Source: an uncultured Clostridium sp. (GTDB lineage Bacteria; Bacillota; Clostridia; Christensenellales; CAG-138). Taken from it: a stretch of 64,000 nt of DNA. A program made the translations under genes and the position numbers. This document shows positions 44,802 to 52,283 of the stretch, in pieces (the stretch's first letter is position 1; each line of letters starts with the position of its first letter). The notes under the pieces are model-generated. The model was not told the DNA's origin, did not search any database, and was given only the letters and a program-made list of their open reading frames with translations. The stretch lies in assembly GCA_964487565.1 (NCBI GenBank), contig CAZARN010000006.1:43345-107344 (forward strand). Reading direction: 5' to 3'.

Positions 44802-45860
44802 TCACTTTTCGGTTTTCACCGAATAGCTTTTCCCGTCGAGAGTAAAATGTATAGTCCCGTTAAGATCCGTCCTGTATACCGGGCCGCCCCATTTTGCAAG
44901 CATTTCAAGCGTTTCCCTGTGCGGATGACCGTAATCGTTGCCTTCGCCCACCTCGATGGCCACGGCTTCCGGTGATACGGCCTTCCAGAACGGTGCGCTT
45001 GAAGACGTGCTCGATCCATGATGACCCAGTTTCAGAATCGTGGCTTTGAAATATTCAGCAGGCAGTTTTTCAAGCATCACGGTTTCCGCCGGTTCCTCCG
45101 CGTCGCCCGTGAGCAGCACGGAAGTGCTTCCATATATGACGTTGAGCACAATGCTCCAGTTGTTGAGATCGTAATCCTGATTTTTGAAAGGCGAGAGCAC
45201 CCTGACCGTCACGTTATCATCCCAGGCGATCGTGCTCATATCGTCCGCATAAACAGCCACAGTATCAACATTTCTCTCTTCAAGCGCGCTGATCATATTT
45301 TCATACGTTGAGGTGGTATGCTCAACCGGTGAAATATAGAATACACCTATATCATAGTTCCTGATTATCTTTGCCATGCCGCCGATATGATCGCTGTGCG
45401 GATGGGTGGCGACGACGGCGTCGAGCTTCGTGACGCCCTGTTCCTTCAGGAACGAATCTATAACATCGTAATACTTGCTTTCCGATGTGTCGATGAGCAT
45501 GGTCTTGCCGTTCGGCGAGCGCAGAAATATGCTGTCCCCCTGCCCCACATCAAGGAAATAAACCTCAAGCTTTCCGCTGAGTGCAGCATTCGGCGCCGCC
45601 GTCGCGGCTGTGTTATGCGAATTGCCGTTTGCCGCAGTGACCGAAGGCGAAGCATTCGCTTCCGCCGTCTCTCCGACAGTTTCTGCAGATTCTATATCCT
45701 CTCCGCGGAAACGCGATATAAGCGCGTTGAAACCTGTAGGATCAGCTATCGCATAGATGATTATTGCTGCGAATATAACCACGGACAGTATGAGTTTGAT
45801 TTTTCTGCTTTTTTCGAAGCTCTCGTCCTTGTTGTTTCCGTTCCTGTTGTTTGAATCCAT
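44802..45860 (-). CDS. membrane-anchored MBL-fold hydrolase (ComEC C-terminal-domain-like)
   Basis: N-terminal TM segment. Motifs LEVYFLDVGQGDS, HPHSDHIGG, LGHHGS. Confidence 0.8.
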   Translation of the reverse strand: MDSNNRNGNNKDESFEKSRKIKLILSVVIFAAIIIYAIADPTGFNALISRFRGEDIESAETVGETAEANASPSVTAANGNSHNTAATAAPNAALSGKLEVYFLDVGQGDSIFLRSPNGKTMLIDTSESKYYDVIDSFLKEQGVTKLDAVVATHPHSDHIGGMAKIIRNYDIGVFYISPVEHTTSTYENMISALEERNVDTVAVYADDMSTIAWDDNVTVRVLSPFKNQDYDLNNWSIVLNVIYGSTSVLLTGDAEEPAETVMLEKLPAEYFKATILKLGHHGSSTSSSAPFWKAVSPEAVAIEVGEGNDYGHPHRETLEMLAKWGGPVYRTDLNGTIHFTLDGKSYSVKTEK

Positions 45861-46013
45861 GGGTCTTCCTCCAATCGATCATATAACACCATATATTGTA
45901 TTCTAAAAAAAGCCATAATACAATCGGAATGAATATGAAAAGTGAAATGCCCGTAATTTCGCTCAATATGAAATGCGGTACCCGCGCGATCACGCTCTTG
46001 ACCTGTCCGTTGC

Positions 46014-46042
46014 TTGACATAATTATTCTTTGAGGCTAAAAT
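46014..46042 (+). promoter_or_regulatory. consensus sigma-A promoter of the orphan ACP-like gene
   Basis: TTGACA -17 nt- TAAAAT, about 65 nt upstream of the ATG at 46111. Confidence 0.6.
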
Positions 46043-46110
46043 ACATTAAACGCGCATCTTCGCGCGCAATATATCATATTTTTTATAAGCAATCATTCGG
46101 AGGTCATTAA

Positions 46111-46335
46111 ATGTCGGATTTTGAACGGATCTGCGGCATCGTCAGTGAAGTTACAGGCGTTTGCGCAGATGACATCGTAAAGAACCCATCCTCATGCGAG
46201 GAAAAGATCGATTCGCTGGACATGACGGAGATCATCCTTGAGGTTGAGGAAGAATTTGACCTCATCGTCGACGATGAGGAGCATATCAGGACGATCAACG
46301 ATCTTTTTGAGCGTGTGGAAGCACTGATCGCCTGA
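46111..46335 (+). CDS. acyl carrier protein-like (orphan)
   Basis: 74 aa acidic protein with a phosphopantetheine-site-like motif KIDSLDMTEIILEVEEEF. Has its own promoter and terminator. Confidence 0.65.
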   Translation: MSDFERICGIVSEVTGVCADDIVKNPSSCEEKIDSLDMTEIILEVEEEFDLIVDDEEHIRTINDLFERVEALIA

Positions 46336-46351
46336 GAACGCAAAGCAGAAC

Positions 46352-46376
46352 AAAAGCCGGCGTAACGCCGGCTTTT
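46352..46376. terminator. bidirectional terminator between the ACP-like gene and argH
   Basis: Stem AAAAGCCGGCG / CGCCGGCTTTT with loop TAA. Confidence 0.85.
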
Positions 46377-46388
46377 ACTTTTCTGTTT

Positions 46389-47765
46389 TCAGTTGTTCGC
46401 AAGCCAGTTCTCGGCGTTTGCGATCTGAATTTCCACTTGCTCGGGCGCCGGCCCGCCATATACTCCTCGTCCGTTCACGCACGTGAGAAGATCTATCGCC
46501 TCATATACATCGTTTTCAAACAATCCGGACAGCTTCTTGTATTCTTCAAGCGGCAGCGTCTCCATGGTGCATTTAAGTTCCGTGCAGCGGTTCACAAGCT
46601 GACCCGTCACTTTGTATGCGTCCCTGAAGGGCATTCCGTGCCTTACAAGATAATCTGCGCAATCCGTTGCGTTTATGAAGCCCGCGCTCGCCGCGGCTTT
46701 CATGTTCTCAACGTTGAACGTCGCCGTGCGTATCATTTCAGGCAGCACCGCAAGACACACCTCAACCGTTTCCACTGCGTCAAAGAGCGCTTCCTTATCC
46801 TCCTGCATATCCTTGTTATATGCCATAGGAAGGCCCTTCAAGGTCGTAAGCATCGTCATAAGGTCGCCGAACACACGCCCTGTCTTGCCGCGAATCAGCT
46901 CGCCCACATCCGGATTCTTCTTCTGAGGCATTATCGAGCTTCCGGTGGTGAAGCTGTCCGAAAATGTGACATAACGGAATTCCCAGCTGCTCCAGTAAAC
47001 CATCTCCTCGCAAAACCTTGAAAGATGTACCATCGCAAGCGACAGATCGGCAAGCATTTCAACCACGAAATCGCGGTCGCTCACGGCATCCATGCTGTTT
47101 TCCGAAACGCCGTTGAAGCCAAGCTCCTTACTTACCATCTCGCGATCAAGCGGATACGTTGTTCCCGCAAGCGCGCCGGCGCCCAAAGGCGATATCGCCG
47201 TGCGTTTCTTGCTGTCTGTAAGCCTTGAGATATCGCGTATCATCATCTGCGCATACGCCATAAGATGAAGCGCAAGCGTAACCGGTTGCGCGCGCTGCAT
47301 ATGCGTATATCCCGGCATGACGGTATGCGTGTTCTTCGCCGCCACTTCGCAAAGCGCATTTGCAAACTCGTGAAGCCCGCCTGACACAGAATCCGCCGCA
47401 CGAAGTGTATAAAGTCTCATATCAAGCGCAACCTGATCGTTGCGGCTGCGCGCAGTATGCAGCTTTTTGCCGGGCTGTCCGACACGCGAAGTTAGTTCTG
47501 CCTCAACAAACGTATGCACATCCTCAGCATCAGGATCAACCTCCGTTCTGCCGGAAGCCACATCATCCCTTATTGCGGCAAGTCCTTTGATCATCACGTC
47601 ATGTTCTGCGTCCGTAAGTACGCCGATCTTGTGCAGCATGTTCGCATGCGCGATCGATCCCCTGATATCCTCGCCGAGGATTTTTTTGTCAAAACCGATA
47701 GACGCATTGAGTGCATTCACCGTTTCGTCAACCTTGCCGTCCGTCCGTCCAGCCCACATCTTCAT
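46389..47765 (-). CDS. argH: argininosuccinate lyase
   Basis: Motifs TARSRNDQVALDMRLY and GSSIMPQKKNPD are lyase_1 family signatures. Confidence 0.95.
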   Translation of the reverse strand: MKMWAGRTDGKVDETVNALNASIGFDKKILGEDIRGSIAHANMLHKIGVLTDAEHDVMIKGLAAIRDDVASGRTEVDPDAEDVHTFVEAELTSRVGQPGKKLHTARSRNDQVALDMRLYTLRAADSVSGGLHEFANALCEVAAKNTHTVMPGYTHMQRAQPVTLALHLMAYAQMMIRDISRLTDSKKRTAISPLGAGALAGTTYPLDREMVSKELGFNGVSENSMDAVSDRDFVVEMLADLSLAMVHLSRFCEEMVYWSSWEFRYVTFSDSFTTGSSIMPQKKNPDVGELIRGKTGRVFGDLMTMLTTLKGLPMAYNKDMQEDKEALFDAVETVEVCLAVLPEMIRTATFNVENMKAAASAGFINATDCADYLVRHGMPFRDAYKVTGQLVNRCTELKCTMETLPLEEYKKLSGLFENDVYEAIDLLTCVNGRGVYGGPAPEQVEIQIANAENWLANN

Positions 47766-47807
47766 ATTGTAAATACCTGCTTTCGCAAATTATAATCATG
47801 CGTAACG

Positions 47808-47823
47808 ATTTATAATTATAAAC
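47808..47823. repeat. AT-rich 16-mer, copy 1 (ATTTATAATTATAAAC)
   Basis: Matches copy 2 at 15 of 16 positions. The core ATAATTAT is palindromic and resembles the ARG-box core. Confidence 0.8.
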
Positions 47824-47842
47824 CTTTGTCGTTGTTCGTCAA
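47815..47842 (-). promoter_or_regulatory. sigma-A-type promoter of argH
   Basis: Minus strand TTGACG -16 nt- TATAAT. The -10 lies inside repeat copy 1. Confidence 0.45.
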
Positions 47843-47850
47843 CCCCGAAT

Positions 47851-47866
47851 ATTTATAATTATTAAC
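47851..47866. repeat. AT-rich 16-mer, copy 2 (ATTTATAATTATTAAC)
   Basis: Direct repeat of copy 1, offset by 43 bp (about 4 helical turns). Confidence 0.8.
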
Positions 47867-47921
47867 ACAGTATTGCCGTTTAAGATGTATTTCTGCACAT
47901 TTTAGCACTGTTTTACGCATT

Positions 47922-47947
47922 AAAAAAGCGGCGCTGACGCGCCGCTT
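47922..47947 (-). terminator. terminator after hpf
   Basis: Stem AAGCGGCGC / GCGCCGCTT with a 4-nt loop, followed by TTTTTTA on the minus strand. Confidence 0.85.
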
Positions 47948-47971
47948 CGAATGTATAATCTATGTATATAT

Positions 47972-48514
47972 TCAGTTTTCCGGTTCGATAAGGCCGTAGT
48001 TTCCGTCCTTGCGCTTGTAAAGGACGTTGATTACGCCAGTGTCGCCGTTTGTAAACATATAGAATGAATGGCCAAGAAGCTCAAGCTGAAGCATGGCCTC
48101 GTCAACCGTCATGGGCTTTATGTCAAAGTGCTTGATTTTGACGACCTGGGCAGGTTTTTCTTCGAGATCCTCCTCGTCGAATGTTTCATTGAACACAGGC
48201 TCCGGCGCTTTGAACGCACCTGCTTTAAGGTTTTTTTCAAGCTTCGTGCGATGACGGACAATCTGCTTTTCAAGCTTTGCCAGGACATTGTCCACCGACG
48301 CATACATATCGCCAGAGGTTTCCTCGCCGCGGATTATACCGCCCGCATAAGGAATCGTGACTTCAACGATATGGCGGTTGCGTTCCACCGCCAGGGTAAC
48401 ATGTGCCTCGGTGTCCTCTGGGAAATACTTGTCCAGCTTGCCCACCTTTTTTGTGATCAAGTCATGGAGGTAATCCGAAACTTCGATGTTTTTGCCAATG
48501 ATCGAGATCTTCAT
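47972..48514 (-). CDS. hpf: ribosome hibernation promoting factor (long HPF)
   Basis: N-terminus MKISIIGKNIEVSDYL (S30AE domain) and C-terminal dimerisation domain IKPMTVDEAMLQLELLGHSFYMFTN. Start at the ATG at 48514, after an AAAGGGG RBS. Confidence 0.9.
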   Translation of the reverse strand: MKISIIGKNIEVSDYLHDLITKKVGKLDKYFPEDTEAHVTLAVERNRHIVEVTIPYAGGIIRGEETSGDMYASVDNVLAKLEKQIVRHRTKLEKNLKAGAFKAPEPVFNETFDEEDLEEKPAQVVKIKHFDIKPMTVDEAMLQLELLGHSFYMFTNGDTGVINVLYKRKDGNYGLIEPEN

Positions 48515-48518
48515 CTTC

Positions 48519-51314
48519 TTACCCCTTTCGCGCACCTTTGTTGCTTGCGGTGCTGGTTATTGCTTTCTTCGAGTATACCATATTTTCCTGCTGCTTATTA
48601 CACTTATTTTGTGAACAGTGTGAGGAATTTTGGCATCCGCCGCACGCTCCGCATCCGCATCCCCTGTGCTTTATGTGTGTTGCGATGCAATATATGCTGT
48701 ATATCGCTATGATCACGGCAACGCCGATGAACACGTTAGCCATTTTCAGCTCACCCGTAAATGCCGCGATTATATTATACGTCAGGAACGATGCGCACCA
48801 CGCCGCGCCAAGCTGCCAAATAACCGCGAACGCCGTCCATTTTCTGCTTTCAAGCTCACGCCGCATTGTGGTTACCGCCGCAATGCAAGGCGTATATAAC
48901 AACACGAAAACAAGGAAGCTGTATGCGGCGGCAGGTGTGAACACGCCCGAAAGCGCGCTCCTTACCACCTCGCCGCCTGCGCTTGCCGTGAAACCTGCAA
49001 ACATTGAAAGTGTGCTTACGACGGCTTCTTTTGCAACCACGCCCGTGATGAGCGCAACGCTTGCCTGCCACGAGCCAAAGCCTAACGGAGCAAAAACCGG
49101 AGCGATAAACGAGCCGATTTTTCCGATTATGCTCTCCCCTGCTTCATGCACCATTGATAATGAAAAATCGAAGCTCTCAAGGAACCAGATCATCACCGAC
49201 ATCGCCAGTATTATGGTCCCTGCCTTTTCAATGAAGTGGCTCACGCGCTCCCAAACATGCGTAAACACGTTTCTTGCAGATGGCAGCCTGTATGGCGGAA
49301 GTTCAATAACAAACGGTGCATCGCCCTTCTCAAACAGTTTGTTTCGGAACAGAAGTCCCGAAAGTATGCCGATGAGCATTCCGAAAACGTAAAGGCTCAA
49401 TATCACAAGTCCGCGATATTTATCAAAGAAAGCGCCGGCGATGAGGCCGTATACGGGTAGCTTTGCCGAACAGCTCATGAACGGCAGCAGAAGGATGGTC
49501 ATGCGCCTGTCGCGCTGATTATCCATTGTACGCGCGCCCATCGCGGCCGGCACAGTGCAGCCAAACCCCATCAGCAGCGGAATAAAGCTTTTGCCCGAAA
49601 GCCCGAAACGCCGCATCGGCTTATCCATAATAAATGCTATACGGCTCATATAACCGCTGTCCTCAAGTATGGAAAGGAAAAAGAACAACAGCGCGATCTG
49701 CGGCAAAAACGTAAGTACGCCGCCCACGCCCTTGATTATACCGTCGCATATGAGGCTCACGAACCATGTGCCTGCGCCCGCCGCTTCAAGAGTGCCGCGT
49801 ACGATCGGAGTGAAGCCCTCGTCAATAAGCCCTCCGACGGCGTCTGAAAGCGCAGCGCCGACTGTCGAGAACGTCAGCGCGAATATGATCCCCATAATAA
49901 GCAGGAACAGCGGGATCGCGAGCCATTTGTTTGTGAGGAAGGCGTCGATCTTCGCGCTTTTGTCCGCCGTGCTTGGCTTCACGCCGCGCTCCACCGCCGC
50001 CGCTGTGACCTTCTCTATATACGCATACCGGCTGTCCGCGACCATGCTCTCGTTGTCGCCGAACGGATTCGCCGCAGCATATGCCGAAACGATATCGTCA
50101 ACTTGTTTTTTCACATCCTGAGGCAATGCAAGGGCTGTTCTTACACGCTCGTCCCCTTCAAGGAGCTTGATCTGCGTCCAATGCTTCGGCAACCCTGCCG
50201 CATCTGCGTAGCTGTCCACGATCCCGCCCAAAAGATGGTGCTGCATATGCGTAAAATCGTCATACACATCATCAGGTTCTATATTGAAGCCCTCATGGAA
50301 CTGCGCATGAGCCGCTTCGATAAGCTTTTGCAGCCCGTCGATCAGATCGTCTATGCCCTCGCCCGTTCTGGCGCTTATGGGAACGATCGGTATGCCCAGC
50401 TCAAGCGAAAGCTTTTCGCAGTCGATCCTGTCGCCGTGCTTTTCGACCTCGTCCATCATATTGAGCGCGATTATCATCGGGCGCTCAAGCTCAAGAAGCT
50501 GTATCGTGAGATAAAGATTGCGTTCAAGATTTGTTCCGTCGACAATGTTGATTATTGCCTCTGGCTTCTCGTTGATGATATAATCCCGCGCCACTATCTC
50601 TTCCATGGAATAGGGTGAAAGCGAATATATTCCCGGCAGATCAACGACCGTCATGTCGTGACCCATCGTACATAGCGATCTTTCGCCGCCGTTTTTCGCG
50701 CGGCTGAGACTGTTCTTTATCTTCCCTTCCTTTTTTTCAACCGTAACGCCAGGCCAGTTGCCAACATATTCTTTCGCGCCCGTCATCGCATTGAAAAGCG
50801 TAGTTTTGCCGCAGTTTGGATTGCCGACAAGCGCCAGTCTGACCGGGCCTCCGTCATCGCCAAAAACCTCGCACGGGCAGTAATCGCTTTTTTTGTTCTC
50901 ACAGCAGCCATCATTGTCAATTATGAACGCGGTGAGCTCCGCCGCTTTTTTGTGTTCCGCTTCGTCGCTTTCGCCGCTCTCCGTTTGCGCGAGGCTTACT
51001 GAGGCGCGGCGTTCAAACTCCGCCTTTGCTTTTTCCGTTTTTTCATGCCAGCGGCCGTGTTCCTCGGCGCTCATAAGAAGTATCGTTTCTGCATCCGCTT
51101 TTCTCAGCGACATCGTATAACCGCGAAGCGCGATCTCAACAGGGTCCCCCATCGGCGCTTCCTTGACAAGCGTTATTTCCGTACCGGGCGTTATACCCAT
51201 ATCCGTAATATGCCTTCGCATGCGCTTGTCCTGCGAATCGACGGCTTTCACATGGCCTTTCCCGCCTATTTCAAGATCGCACAGCGTGCGCGCTTCATCA
51301 CTTCTTCTTTTCAT
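48519..51314 (-). CDS. feoB: ferrous iron transporter FeoB with fused N-terminal FeoA domain
   Basis: 931 aa. FeoA-like SH3 segment HVKAVDS...ITPGTEITLVKEAPMGDPVEIALRG. G domain motifs LVGNPNCGKTT, DLPG, NMMD. Polytopic C-terminal permease. Confidence 0.9.
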   Translation of the reverse strand: MKRRSDEARTLCDLEIGGKGHVKAVDSQDKRMRRHITDMGITPGTEITLVKEAPMGDPVEIALRGYTMSLRKADAETILLMSAEEHGRWHEKTEKAKAEFERRASVSLAQTESGESDEAEHKKAAELTAFIIDNDGCCENKKSDYCPCEVFGDDGGPVRLALVGNPNCGKTTLFNAMTGAKEYVGNWPGVTVEKKEGKIKNSLSRAKNGGERSLCTMGHDMTVVDLPGIYSLSPYSMEEIVARDYIINEKPEAIINIVDGTNLERNLYLTIQLLELERPMIIALNMMDEVEKHGDRIDCEKLSLELGIPIVPISARTGEGIDDLIDGLQKLIEAAHAQFHEGFNIEPDDVYDDFTHMQHHLLGGIVDSYADAAGLPKHWTQIKLLEGDERVRTALALPQDVKKQVDDIVSAYAAANPFGDNESMVADSRYAYIEKVTAAAVERGVKPSTADKSAKIDAFLTNKWLAIPLFLLIMGIIFALTFSTVGAALSDAVGGLIDEGFTPIVRGTLEAAGAGTWFVSLICDGIIKGVGGVLTFLPQIALLFFFLSILEDSGYMSRIAFIMDKPMRRFGLSGKSFIPLLMGFGCTVPAAMGARTMDNQRDRRMTILLLPFMSCSAKLPVYGLIAGAFFDKYRGLVILSLYVFGMLIGILSGLLFRNKLFEKGDAPFVIELPPYRLPSARNVFTHVWERVSHFIEKAGTIILAMSVMIWFLESFDFSLSMVHEAGESIIGKIGSFIAPVFAPLGFGSWQASVALITGVVAKEAVVSTLSMFAGFTASAGGEVVRSALSGVFTPAAAYSFLVFVLLYTPCIAAVTTMRRELESRKWTAFAVIWQLGAAWCASFLTYNIIAAFTGELKMANVFIGVAVIIAIYSIYCIATHIKHRGCGCGACGGCQNSSHCSQNKCNKQQENMVYSKKAITSTASNKGARKG

Positions 51315-51330
51315 TATGCGTCTCCGTTCT

Positions 51331-51348
51331 TTAGTTAGTCATAACTAA
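51331..51348. promoter_or_regulatory. inverted repeat TTAGTTA-GTCA-TAACTAA, candidate DtxR/IdeR-type metalloregulator operator
   Basis: Perfect 7-bp arms located between the -10 (51356-51361) and the GGAGA RBS of feoAB. It resembles the recalled IdeR/DtxR consensus TTAGGTTAGCCTAACCTAA. Confidence 0.45.
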
Positions 51349-51355
51349 CATAAGC

Positions 51356-51384
51356 AATATATCGCATTCGCCCGTCCGTGTCAA
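51356..51384 (-). promoter_or_regulatory. consensus-like sigma-A promoter of feoAB
   Basis: Minus strand TTGACA -17 nt- TATATT. Confidence 0.55.
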
Positions 51385-51440
51385 TAGCTTTTCAAGAGAA
51401 TATATGTTATCATCTATACAATAATTCGAAGGAGGCCTTC

Positions 51441-52283
51441 ATGGAACTGTATACAGTTGATGCTTTTACGGATGTGCCGTTCGGCGGCAACCCGGCCGGC
51501 GTCGCCATATATGACGAAGCCCTGCCGACTGAAAACGAGATGCGTGCCGTGGCTGCAAAAGTGGGCTATTCCGAAACCGCCTTCATACTTCCGCTTGATG
51601 ACGAATCATTCAGGATCCGTTATTTCACGCCTGTGGAAGAAGTGGCGCTTTGCGGTCACGCAACCGTCGGTTCATTTTCACTTATGCTCAAAAAAGGGAT
51701 GATCAAAGAGGGGCGTTCATATGTGGCGCACACAGGCGCAGGCGATATAAACGTCGATATCAGCAACGGCCTTGTTTGGCTTGATATGGCGCAGCCGAAT
51801 GAATCCATGGAGCTTCCCGACGATGACGCCGCGTTGCTGCTTGAAATGTATGCTCTTCCGCGCGATGCGTGCGGGGATCTTCGCCCGGCAATTGTTAACG
51901 CCGGTCTTCCTGATATAATGCTCCCTCTTAGGGACCGTGCGCTGCTTGCGCGTATGGAGCCGGATTTTGCCGCGATAAGCGAGCTTTCCAAAAAATACGA
52001 AGTGACCGGCGTACACGCATGCGCCTTTGGCGCGGGTGCGACGGGATATTGCCGCAATTTCGCTCCGTTGTATGGCATTGACGAAGAATCCGCGACGGGC
52101 ACCTCAAACGGCGCGCTGACATGGTATCTTTATCGCCGCGGATTGGTCGAACCCGGCAAACAGAATCTTTTTGTGCAGGGCGAAGCTATGGGTAAGCCGT
52201 CAAAGATCTATTCCGTGCTTACCTTCAAAGCAGGAAACACCCCGGTGATCCGTGTCGGCGGAAGTGCAGTCGTCAGGAAATAA
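51441..52283 (+). CDS. PhzF family isomerase
   Basis: MELYTVDAFTDVPFGGNPAGV and FTPVEEVALCGHAT are PhzF hallmarks. Start after a GGAGG RBS. Confidence 0.85.
   Translation: MELYTVDAFTDVPFGGNPAGVAIYDEALPTENEMRAVAAKVGYSETAFILPLDDESFRIRYFTPVEEVALCGHATVGSFSLMLKKGMIKEGRSYVAHTGAGDINVDISNGLVWLDMAQPNESMELPDDDAALLLEMYALPRDACGDLRPAIVNAGLPDIMLPLRDRALLARMEPDFAAISELSKKYEVTGVHACAFGAGATGYCRNFAPLYGIDEESATGTSNGALTWYLYRRGLVEPGKQNLFVQGEAMGKPSKIYSVLTFKAGNTPVIRVGGSAVVRK

Noticed and set aside
45742-46020. 92-aa minus-strand ORF with a hydrophobic segment upstream of the MBL-fold gene
   Set aside because: It has no RBS before its ATG. It overlaps the MBL gene start by 119 nt in another frame. The hydrophobic stretch is what AT-rich promoter DNA yields on translation, and the region is better explained by the divergent ACP and MBL promoters.
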